DNA from: a candidate division WOR-3 bacterium
GTDB lineage: Bacteria > Hydrothermota > Tepidihabitantia > SM23-42 > JAOAFX01
Assembly (NCBI GenBank): GCA_039802265.1
Contig: JBDRWI010000034.1
Location: 1-25,398, forward strand
Reading direction: 5' to 3'
DNA length: 25,398 nt
Numbering within the stretch: position 1 is the stretch's first letter; the number at the start of each line of letters is the position of its first letter. A program made the position numbers and the translations under genes. Positions 16,767-25,033 of the stretch are shown here, in pieces. The notes beneath the pieces were generated by a model. The model did no database searches and was not told where the DNA came from. It saw only the letters and a list, made by a program, of their open reading frames with translations.

Positions 16767-17879
16767 ATGAAGAGGCTAATTGGAATCCTTCTTTTGTTAT
16801 CAATTTCCCTGTTTGCAGACTTTGCCAAATTGGGGACATCGGGTGCCCAATTCTTGAAGATTGGTGTGGGTAGGGGGGCAGCAATGGGTGAGGCATTTGT
16901 TGCGGTTTGTGACGATGCCTCAGCGACCTTCTGGAACCCAGCCGGTCTTGGTACCCTGAACAAACGGGAGTTCAGCCTCCAGCATAATGAATGGATTGCA
17001 GACATCAAACACGAATACCTCACAGTTGCCCTGCCATTGAGTAATTTCGGAACATTAGGGATAAGCCTCACTGCCCTTACCATGGGCAAGATGGAGGTTA
17101 CTACAGTTGATGACCCGGCAACAACGACCGTGCGCGAGGATACCGGAACCGGCAGATACTTTGGCGCCTCGGACTTTGCCCTTGGCTTTACCTTCGGTCG
17201 GATGTTCACAGACCGTCTTGCTGCTGGTGTGACCCTCAAGGCAGTCCAGGAGATAATCTGGGAGATGACCGCAGGTGGACTTGCCTCGGACTTTGGTATT
17301 CAATATAATACCGGTTTTAAGGGACTGCGGATTGCGGCGGCAATGTCAAACTTTGGTGCAGATATCAAATTCAGTGGCAGACAGTTAGAGACCGCAGGTG
17401 AGCCCTTCCCTGATTCTCCCCTTGACTATGAACCGATTGCGGTTGTTAAGAAGACCACGCCATTTCCCCTTCCACTAATCTTCAGATTTGGCATAGCGAT
17501 GAATCCATTGGAAAACGAAACACAACGCTTGACCGTGGCACTGGATTTGAATCACCCCAATGATAACTATGAGACGGTTAACTTAGGACTGGAATATGGC
17601 TATCTGAATATGGTCTTCTTAAGGGTAGGTTATAAGGCATACCTCAATATGGAATATATGAAGGCAATGACCGGGGCAGAGCCAGTCTATGATTCCACCC
17701 TTGATAAGTGGACCTATCCAGACTGGGGTGATAATACCGAGTGGCTCTTGAACAATCTCACTGCGGGTGTTGGATTCAATATCAAGGCAGGCGAGCGGCA
17801 TTTGAAGATTGACTATGGCTATATGAATAAGGGAGTTTTGAAGTCGACGCATCGTCTTGGGCTGACTGTTGGATTTTAG
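16767..17879 (+). CDS. PorV/PorQ-family (FadL-like) outer-membrane beta-barrel protein
   Basis: Hallmark N-terminus AQFLKIGVG.RGAAMGEAFVAVCDDASATFWNPAGL and C-terminal HRLGLTVGF. Confidence 0.88.
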   Translation: MKRLIGILLLLSISLFADFAKLGTSGAQFLKIGVGRGAAMGEAFVAVCDDASATFWNPAGLGTLNKREFSLQHNEWIADIKHEYLTVALPLSNFGTLGISLTALTMGKMEVTTVDDPATTTVREDTGTGRYFGASDFALGFTFGRMFTDRLAAGVTLKAVQEIIWEMTAGGLASDFGIQYNTGFKGLRIAAAMSNFGADIKFSGRQLETAGEPFPDSPLDYEPIAVVKKTTPFPLPLIFRFGIAMNPLENETQRLTVALDLNHPNDNYETVNLGLEYGYLNMVFLRVGYKAYLNMEYMKAMTGAEPVYDSTLDKWTYPDWGDNTEWLLNNLTAGVGFNIKAGERHLKIDYGYMNKGVLKSTHRLGLTVGF

Positions 17880-17893
17880 GTCTTAATAATTAG

Positions 17894-17940
17894 GAGTAGG
17901 GACTCAAGTTCCAAATTTATATGGACTTGAGTCCCTACTC
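17894..17940. other. Long intergenic stem-loop (terminator or mRNA 3' stabiliser)
   Basis: GAGTAGGGACTCAAGT (17894-17909) and ACTTGAGTCCCTACTC (17925-17940) form a perfect 16-bp inverted repeat. No U-tract follows on the + strand. Confidence 0.75.
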
Positions 17941-17958
17941 TCCAAAAAAGAGGTTGTT

Positions 17959-20619
17959 ATGAAAAGTATTTGCGTATGCGCATTAATATTATCAATTGCA
18001 GTAGCCGGGGAGTTCATTCCCCGGAATCAACTGAATAATCTGGCTGGCAATCTTGTGCGGGAGAAATTCGGACCGGGATTTTCCCTTGAGGAAATCCTTA
18101 CCTATTATGGTGATGATGACCTGCCCAATGCCCTTTCTTTTATATATCGCAACAAAGAAAGGGTGGTGAACATCGTTCTTGGTGCGCGATATAATTGTTC
18201 TCCAGTCTTTGAGATTTCTCAAAATTTGCCCAATTACTACACAAAACTGGATAAGGCAAAGAGCAAGACAGAAGAAAGGCTGAACACGACTCTGGAATTT
18301 GATAGGATTTACTACTTTGGTCCACATGATGAGTATTTCTGTTTCAGAAATAACGAAGAGAAAATCCTTGTTAATACTTATTCTTTAATGAGCTACAATA
18401 AAAAGGAATTCTTTGAGAACTTTAAAAAGGTAGAAAATCCTGAGTCAGAAAAATTCTTGAAGAATAAATGGGATAAATACCTAAATCAAACTGGCTTCTT
18501 CCGGGATACCGTGATGAACTATGTAGATTCAGTTCCCTTTATTGACTGGGTCTATGGCTGTTCGCCAACTGCGGCAAGTATGATTCTCTGGTACTGGGAC
18601 CCACGGGGTTATGGGAGGCTCGTTGACTACTTCTTTACCCACTGGGATAATCCTGAGGGAGAGTGGAATGAGTGTGCAAATGTTAATCGGGAACTGGCAA
18701 TAAGGATGAACACCGATACATTAACAGGTGGAACAACAATCAACAATATTGGTCCGGGGATAATGCTGACCTGTAATACAAATAACGGTTATTCATTCAG
18801 TTGCCAGACTTCATCCCAGGGCGGTTCCTGGAATCAATTCCAATTTTCCTGGATAAAGACCGAGATTGATAATCAAAGACCCTGCCACTGGAATGTCTTG
18901 CATTATCAGGGAGACCCGAATTTTAATCATTCGGTTACCGCTGTTGGATATGCCTATGGTTCATCATTGCCCGATACATTTATCATTGTCCATGATACCT
19001 GGACAATAGATGAACCCTGGTGGCCCCTGTGGACCTATGCCAATGGTTATCAGTCCTATGACTATGTTGTAACCGTCATCCCCGGTGGGGCTAATTCCAA
19101 CAATGTCCTTCTTGACTTTCCGATAGGTGGTGATGTCTATTCTATTCCTACCCTCTTTGCCAATCTCAAATATAAAATCCGCTGGACCAGTATGGGAAGC
19201 GAGATTGACCATATAAAGATGTGGTGGTCAAAGGGGGTCAATGGGGAGAGTTATGATTCGCTCTACTGGCATTTGATCGGTGGCTATCTGCCAAATACCG
19301 GCGAATACATCTGGACTGTTCCAATTTCGGCACTAAGCTGTTCAATAAGGGTAAATATCGCGGGGCTTGATGTTTTTGATTATCGTTATGGAGCAGATGG
19401 CAGTTTTGGCCGTAGCATTGTCCGTTCACCCAATCACTCTCCAGAGATTAATCTCGTTGGGCATTGCGATACCGATGGAAGTGCCAATGATGTTGCTTTG
19501 ACCGGAGATTATGCCTTCATTGCAGATGGAACAAAGGGGTTGGTTGTTGTTGATATAAGTGATTCTTCACTACCTGAGGTCTGCGGGAGATTACCGCTAC
19601 CGGGTAATTCAATCTCTCTTGCCATTTCCGGGGAGTATCTCTATCTTGGAGACCGTGAGGATACCCTGAGGATAATCTCCATTTCCGACCCGCTCAACCC
19701 GGTTCAGGTCAGTAAACTTCCGATTGGTGATGATGTCAATGATGTCTTCTTCAGTAATAACAAAATTTATATTGCAGCAAGGGCAGTGGGACTGGTTATT
19801 GTTGATGTAACCAATCCATCTGTTCCAATTATCCTTGGTACATACAATACCTCGGGCTTTGCCCAAGATGTCTATGTGTATGGAAGTTATGCCTATGTTG
19901 CGGATGCCACAAAGGGAGTCAGGGTTATTGATGTATCAAATCCACAAAACCCGCAGGAGACAGGTTTTTATGATACACCTGGCATTACCTATGGTGTCTG
20001 CCGGGTAGGTAGTTATGTCTATGCGGCAGACGGGACCGCGGGGATAAAGATATTTGATGGCTCAAACCCTGATACATTAATCCTCCTTGGTTCACTGGAT
20101 ACTCCCGGGACTGCGACAAAATTAATCTGGTTAAATAACTACCTCTTTGTTGCGGATGGCTCCCAGGGTGGAATAAGGGCAATAAATGTGCAAGACCCAG
20201 CAAACCCTGCTGAGGCCGGTTATATTCAATCATTCGGTTCAGCCGGTAATCTTTATATAAATGGCTCAATGGTTTATCTTGCAGATGGCGGTATCGGTCT
20301 ATTACTCATAACCCAGTCACTAACCGGTATTTACGAACAGATAAATCTTCCAAAGGGAATTTTTGTGGAAGTAATGCCCAATCCCTGTTCAAGAATGGAT
20401 CAGGTCAAAATTGTCCTTTCTGCACCGACAAGGACCGGATTGAGTATTTTGCTATTTGATTGCGCCGGAAGAATGCTTGGAGAGATTTATAAAGGGTTTA
20501 TCGGTGAAGGTGAAAATCGGATTTACTGGCAACCCGAAGGAATTCCCGGAGGAGTCTATTTTATCAAGATAGAACTTGGCAATGAAAGGGTAATCAGAAA
20601 GGTGGTATTTACAAGATAA
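17959..20619 (+). CDS. Secreted papain-fold cysteine peptidase (C10/C39-like) with LVIVD repeats and T9SS-type CTD
   Basis: Signal peptide and putative propeptide. YGCSPTAASMIL (Cys codon 18559-18561), HSVTAVGY (His 18928-18930) and VHDTW. Six to seven LVIVD-type repeats. CTD MPNP...GVYFIKI...RKVVF. Confidence 0.8.
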   Translation: MKSICVCALILSIAVAGEFIPRNQLNNLAGNLVREKFGPGFSLEEILTYYGDDDLPNALSFIYRNKERVVNIVLGARYNCSPVFEISQNLPNYYTKLDKAKSKTEERLNTTLEFDRIYYFGPHDEYFCFRNNEEKILVNTYSLMSYNKKEFFENFKKVENPESEKFLKNKWDKYLNQTGFFRDTVMNYVDSVPFIDWVYGCSPTAASMILWYWDPRGYGRLVDYFFTHWDNPEGEWNECANVNRELAIRMNTDTLTGGTTINNIGPGIMLTCNTNNGYSFSCQTSSQGGSWNQFQFSWIKTEIDNQRPCHWNVLHYQGDPNFNHSVTAVGYAYGSSLPDTFIIVHDTWTIDEPWWPLWTYANGYQSYDYVVTVIPGGANSNNVLLDFPIGGDVYSIPTLFANLKYKIRWTSMGSEIDHIKMWWSKGVNGESYDSLYWHLIGGYLPNTGEYIWTVPISALSCSIRVNIAGLDVFDYRYGADGSFGRSIVRSPNHSPEINLVGHCDTDGSANDVALTGDYAFIADGTKGLVVVDISDSSLPEVCGRLPLPGNSISLAISGEYLYLGDREDTLRIISISDPLNPVQVSKLPIGDDVNDVFFSNNKIYIAARAVGLVIVDVTNPSVPIILGTYNTSGFAQDVYVYGSYAYVADATKGVRVIDVSNPQNPQETGFYDTPGITYGVCRVGSYVYAADGTAGIKIFDGSNPDTLILLGSLDTPGTATKLIWLNNYLFVADGSQGGIRAINVQDPANPAEAGYIQSFGSAGNLYINGSMVYLADGGIGLLLITQSLTGIYEQINLPKGIFVEVMPNPCSRMDQVKIVLSAPTRTGLSILLFDCAGRMLGEIYKGFIGEGENRIYWQPEGIPGGVYFIKIELGNERVIRKVVFTR
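19450..20310 (+). repeat. LVIVD repeat array (protein-level, beta-propeller-like)
   Basis: LVVVDISD, LRIISISD, LVIVDVTN, VRVIDVSN, IKIFDGSN and IRAINVQD recur at about 42-aa spacing, with YAYVADG-type motifs. Confidence 0.85.
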
Positions 20620-20641
20620 CCAAGCAGGGTTTGTGCGGTTA

Positions 20642-20655
20642 AGAAAGGGGGTGAT
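20642..20655 (+). promoter_or_regulatory. Orphan extended SD-like element
   Basis: AGAAAGGGGGTGAT with no start codon at normal spacing. The gene at 20718 has its own SD (AGAAAGGAG, from 20703). Confidence 0.4.
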
Positions 20656-20717
20656 AACTTAAGGAAAAAAAGGATTTTATCAGTCTTGCATAGTAAAGTT
20701 AAAGAAAGGAGTGAAAA

Positions 20718-22334
20718 ATGAAAAAAGTTACAACACTTATATTTGTAGCACTAATTGCCTGGGCAACAACAATGCCGGCAAAGATTGATAAGGCAAAGAT
20801 GGATGATGGGGTATCAAATTATAATGGTCCTTATATTCCGGCTGACAGCAGATTCTATACCGCGGTTGACTCCTCAGTGAATGGTTATACAATGTGGACT
20901 CAGATGCAGGAGTGTCTTGCCTACAATCCACCAACAGGCAATCTTCAGTTTGTCTGTCGACACTTTGCCACGGGGAATAACCTTGATGTCTGCCAGACTG
21001 ACTCTGCCTTCGCGCTTCTTGTCTATGACCCGATGGTCTATCCAGGAACATTTGGTGGTGCAAGGTATCCCTCATCGGTTGGTTCAGATGATGGCTCATA
21101 TTCTTTTGGTCCCCACATTTCAGCCCCATATCTATTCCCGGGTCCTGCCTGGGGTGGTATGGTTGGCCAATTTGAGAGTGGTAGTTGGTTTTCCCAGTAC
21201 TGGGATCCAGCGGTAGATGTAGGACCTGGTAATCTCAATACCCACAAGAATATCGGCAAACAGCTTCCCAACGGCGATATTCTATTCATCGGTGTTACTG
21301 CTGATGACCAGATTCGCTACAGCACCTGGTCTTATGACCTCAGCACTATGCGTGCCAATGGAGTAGTTGCTCCGGCAACCGCTTACTACTGGGGATTTGA
21401 CATCAATGGTGGAATTGCCTATGTCTTCTATTATGATGACAATCTAAATGTCTATTACAAGACCACAACCGATGGAATAAACTGGTCCGCCCAGCAGTCC
21501 TATAATATGGTATGGCCCAATCCATATCCGCAGAACCTTATCTTCTGGACCCAGGCAGTTCTAACTGATGCGGGCGAGCCCAAGTTGATATTTGACAACC
21601 TTGACTACGACAACTACCAGACTGGCACATATCCGTATTTAGGAAAAATCTATGTATCACCTGGTTCGGGACAGCCCTGTTCTGAGGTCTCTACCGGTCT
21701 TGCCCGCAACTTCTATCCCACAATTGCCGCGGGTGGGAATTATCTCGTTGCCCTGTGGCACTCACCGGTGACCAATGATATTGATTCTTTAACCTTCTGG
21801 AATCTTTTCTATAACTGGTCAACCGACGGTGGAGTGACCTGGGATACACCCCACAATCTCACCGCTGGTTTTACCTACCGCCATGGTCTTGCCCAGCTTT
21901 CAAAGAGGCTGGCAACCGGTCCTGACCGTTTCTTCTTTGTCTTTGGTCAGGATATGGATGTTGACCACGACCCAATCTGGCACGTCTGGAGAGATGCTTC
22001 TGGCACCGACCATATGCGCTGGTACTGGGGCTGGGAACAGTTAGGTATTGAAGAACAAAAGATAGAGACACCGAAGAGACTCAGTCTGGATATCACACCG
22101 AATCCAGTCAATAACCGTTCCACTATCTCTTATACACTGCCGGTCTCAGGCGAGGTCTCGGTAAAGGTCTATAGTGCTGATGGAAGGCTGATCAGAACCA
22201 TTGAACAGGGATATAAGAGTGCTGGTGTCTATACGAATAATCTTAATGCCGGTGAACTTCCCAACGGTGCCTATCTTGTGGTCCTGAAGACAACGAATCA
22301 AAAGATTACCGGTAAACTCGTTGTTGCCCATTAG
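20718..22334 (+). CDS. Secreted Asp-box/BNR-containing (beta-propeller-like) protein with T9SS-type CTD
   Basis: Signal peptide, Asp-boxes TTDGINW and STDGGVTW, and CTD ITPNPV...VYSADGRLI...LPNGAYLV...TGKLVVAH. Confidence 0.8.
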   Translation: MKKVTTLIFVALIAWATTMPAKIDKAKMDDGVSNYNGPYIPADSRFYTAVDSSVNGYTMWTQMQECLAYNPPTGNLQFVCRHFATGNNLDVCQTDSAFALLVYDPMVYPGTFGGARYPSSVGSDDGSYSFGPHISAPYLFPGPAWGGMVGQFESGSWFSQYWDPAVDVGPGNLNTHKNIGKQLPNGDILFIGVTADDQIRYSTWSYDLSTMRANGVVAPATAYYWGFDINGGIAYVFYYDDNLNVYYKTTTDGINWSAQQSYNMVWPNPYPQNLIFWTQAVLTDAGEPKLIFDNLDYDNYQTGTYPYLGKIYVSPGSGQPCSEVSTGLARNFYPTIAAGGNYLVALWHSPVTNDIDSLTFWNLFYNWSTDGGVTWDTPHNLTAGFTYRHGLAQLSKRLATGPDRFFFVFGQDMDVDHDPIWHVWRDASGTDHMRWYWGWEQLGIEEQKIETPKRLSLDITPNPVNNRSTISYTLPVSGEVSVKVYSADGRLIRTIEQGYKSAGVYTNNLNAGELPNGAYLVVLKTTNQKITGKLVVAH

Positions 22335-22348
22335 TCTGAGGTGCTTCT

Positions 22349-22383
22349 AAAAAAGCAGGGGGTTATGGGCCCCCTGCTTTTTT
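22349..22383. terminator. Bidirectional rho-independent terminator
   Basis: AAAAAAGCAGGGGG-TTATGGG-CCCCCTGCTTTTTT, a perfect 14-bp inverted repeat with a T-run on each strand, between convergent genes. Confidence 0.92.
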
Positions 22384-24409
22384 ATTTAAGTTGCATCAAA
22401 TTCTGCAGGATTGGTCTATAGTTAGGGTCTTTTTTTAAGCCCATCCTCCAGTACCTTCGGGCATTGTTCAGGTCCTTTATATTGTAATAACAGATCCCAA
22501 TGAGGTTGAAAACTTCAGGATTGATTTCATAGGCATGGGGATATGTTATTGCCTGTTTGAAATAGTAGATTGCCTGGAGATAATCCTTCTCTTTCATATA
22601 TAGCCTTGCCAGCCCCTCAAAGATAACTGGATGGGGTGATGGTTTTTCTCTTATGAATGATTTTAATACTTCCATTGCCTCTGTAATATTGTTTTGCATC
22701 AGATAACAATCGGCAAGGTTGTAATAGACAATAGCATCCCAATGGGGTATAGCACATGCCTTCTTGAGAAAATATATGGCACTATCAAGCATCTGCCTCT
22801 TTTTATATATAAAGCCTAATTGATTTAGTGCGTAATAGAAATGAGGATTAAGACTCCATGCCTCTTTAAAATTTTCTATAGCCTTTTCTGTGTCTCCGAT
22901 TTTGTTATAATAAAGCCCGGCCGTGTAGTGGCGTTCATAGGTAATTTCATCGGGTGGCAGTGAAAAGCATTTCTTCAGGTATCCCTCTGCCTCCGTTGTT
23001 CTTTGATTTTCAATCAGGGCACGGCATATTTGAATATAAGACAATGTAAGTGGTTTTTTATATGGATAACTATCTTTAAAAAATTTCATTTGAGTAAAGA
23101 TTATAAAAGGGATTAAAAGCGATAGCATCTTGATTATAATTTGATAATTCTTTTTCCCGATACTATCCCAAAGTTTATAAAGAGAATAGCCGGCAAAGAT
23201 ACAGAAAAAGGAAATTATCGGCAATCTGTATCTTGAAGAGACAAAGATTATAATAATGGTTAGGGCATAACCAAAAAAGATTAGTATTATTAACTTTATC
23301 ATTCCCTTTTCACGCCGAGATCGGTCAAAAAACATAACATAAACTATCCCCGCCAGACAAAGCGGAAAGACCAAATCCGCCCTTACCAATGGTAGTTTAT
23401 TGACTGCAGAGAAATTACCGAAGAATTCTTCATCGGTATTTCTCGGAAATTCAAAGGCATTAAAGAATAGAATTGTTTTTTTTGTGGTTATCAAAAGCCA
23501 ATTTAAAGGCCTTTTTATAATAAAATCTATCCCCTTTTTATACCAGAAATTTTGCTGTCTGCTGAAATCGGTGATTCTCTCGGAGAGATAGGCAACGGTC
23601 ATCAGACTATCCCATTGGTAGCCGGGCTGAATTGCAATAGTTTTTTCAATCTCTGCATTATTGCCCACAAAGAAGTTTATTCCACCGTTATAAGAGATTA
23701 TCACCGGTTCATGGGCATAAAGATAATTTCGCAGTGTTACTAAAAATGCGGGAATCAAGACAATTATAAAAAAAAAGACAATATATTTTATACAAAAATT
23801 CAGTGCTCGTCTCATCATAGACCAGCACCACCATAGTATAATTGGTAAAATAATTAAAAAATTGGGCAGGGTGATTATTAAAAGTCCATAACTCAATCCG
23901 GCGATACCCAGCCATTTGAACCGAGGTTTTTCAGTTTTCCAATGTTTGTAGAAATTTGATAAGCTAAATACCGAAGACAGTAATAAAAAAGAAAGGAGGA
24001 CGGAAGGAAGTATCTCAAGATTCGCCTGAATAACGGGTAGATATATGGCATAAAGAAAAGATGCAATTACTGCTACTGTTTGATTGAAAATTCTTCTTGC
24101 CAGATAGTAGGTCATTAGGATAATTGCCAAATCAAGGAAGACCTGGATAATCTTAATTACATTAACTGAGCGATTAAAGATCTTCAGAATTAGGGCAATG
24201 AAATAATAATAGAATGGGGGATGATAGTATGAACCCGATATACCTAAAAAATTCTTATCAAGGATGTATTCTGCGGTCTTGATATATTCTGCGGAATCAA
24301 CTATTGGAATTTCAAAGATGGGATTGTTGCGCTTCATTTCGTAGTAGTTAAAGAAACGCAGGAATAATGCAAGCAGGATTATTAAGATAAGAATCTTATT
24401 TAATTGCAA
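22382..24409 (-). CDS. GT-C fold glycosyltransferase (GT39/ArnT/PMT-like) with C-terminal TPR repeats
   Basis: TM1 followed by PIVDSAEY, YHPPFYYYF, many TM helices, NGGINFFVGNN, RYRLPI, and C-terminal TPR-like helices (A..NF..A..LNP). The TTG start is uncertain. Confidence 0.85.
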   Translation of the reverse strand: MQLNKILILIILLALFLRFFNYYEMKRNNPIFEIPIVDSAEYIKTAEYILDKNFLGISGSYYHPPFYYYFIALILKIFNRSVNVIKIIQVFLDLAIILMTYYLARRIFNQTVAVIASFLYAIYLPVIQANLEILPSVLLSFLLLSSVFSLSNFYKHWKTEKPRFKWLGIAGLSYGLLIITLPNFLIILPIILWWCWSMMRRALNFCIKYIVFFFIIVLIPAFLVTLRNYLYAHEPVIISYNGGINFFVGNNAEIEKTIAIQPGYQWDSLMTVAYLSERITDFSRQQNFWYKKGIDFIIKRPLNWLLITTKKTILFFNAFEFPRNTDEEFFGNFSAVNKLPLVRADLVFPLCLAGIVYVMFFDRSRREKGMIKLIILIFFGYALTIIIIFVSSRYRLPIISFFCIFAGYSLYKLWDSIGKKNYQIIIKMLSLLIPFIIFTQMKFFKDSYPYKKPLTLSYIQICRALIENQRTTEAEGYLKKCFSLPPDEITYERHYTAGLYYNKIGDTEKAIENFKEAWSLNPHFYYALNQLGFIYKKRQMLDSAIYFLKKACAIPHWDAIVYYNLADCYLMQNNITEAMEVLKSFIREKPSPHPVIFEGLARLYMKEKDYLQAIYYFKQAITYPHAYEINPEVFNLIGICYYNIKDLNNARRYWRMGLKKDPNYRPILQNLMQLK

Positions 24410-24412
24410 TTT

Positions 24413-25033
24413 TTATCTAATTATTCCGAGCCAGTTGCCAAGGAGAAATTGGAGCCGGCCGATGAGCAAAGAGAGACGAGCCATTACTGTGTAACCAAAA
24501 GAAGCACCGAAACCGACCATAATGAAGATTATTCCTATATACGAAACGGGTTTCAAAATTCCTTTGTGTTCTTTTGAGAAGAAGAAGAAGAAGATTGTAG
24601 CAAGAACACCAATGAAGATTAATACTGCCCATAACCCCTGCTGCCAGTTGGCAAATAAATGGGGATAGACGACTGTACCTTGGATTTGTTTAATCACATC
24701 TGCCTGTATTATTGCGGGAATGCTTACGCCTGAAGAAAAACCCAATGCGACTGCAATTGGAATTCTTACAAGCCAGGATAATTTTGGAATGAATCTAAAG
24801 AAATAGAATAGACCAATAAACATTGGAATTAACACAAGATAATTTCCGCCCTGTAAGGGCATTATCAATCTTGGTGTCAAAATGAGGTGCCAGGTTACGG
24901 CAATCGCATAGCCATTTGCAACACCAACGAATAAATGTTCACAGAATCTATAAAATGGATTCTCTTTATAAAGAAAAGAGAGAATCCCAATCGTCAAAAA
25001 TGCACCAATCCATACCCAGGGGTCATGACTCAC
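24413..25033 (-). CDS. Polytopic membrane protein, paralogue of subunit D (3929..4546)
   Basis: AGGAGG RBS then GTG at 25033 gives about 206 aa, matching the 205-aa paralogue. Shared motifs SFLYKENP, FVGVANGY, FSKEH, FGASFGYTVMAR and WLGII. Confidence 0.85.
   Translation of the reverse strand: MSHDPWVWIGAFLTIGILSFLYKENPFYRFCEHLFVGVANGYAIAVTWHLILTPRLIMPLQGGNYLVLIPMFIGLFYFFRFIPKLSWLVRIPIAVALGFSSGVSIPAIIQADVIKQIQGTVVYPHLFANWQQGLWAVLIFIGVLATIFFFFFSKEHKGILKPVSYIGIIFIMVGFGASFGYTVMARLSLLIGRLQFLLGNWLGIIR

Noticed and set aside
5663..22331. Numerous antisense and alternate-frame ORFs (e.g. 5663..6067, 7681..8232, 14407..14835, 16694..17239)
   Set aside because: They are shadows of well-supported + strand genes, with no RBS or domain signal.
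20718..22334. Calling the 538-aa protein a sialidase
   Set aside because: Only Asp-boxes are visible, with no convincing RIP motif or arginine triad, and Asp-boxes occur in many non-sialidase propellers.
23768..23776. A9 homopolymer in the glycosyltransferase as a phase-variation tract
   Set aside because: It is short, in frame, encodes Phe-rich TM sequence, and is expected in an AT-rich gene.
24577..24593. (GAA)n microsatellite
   Set aside because: It encodes a poly-Phe TM end on the - strand, matching YFYF in the paralogue.
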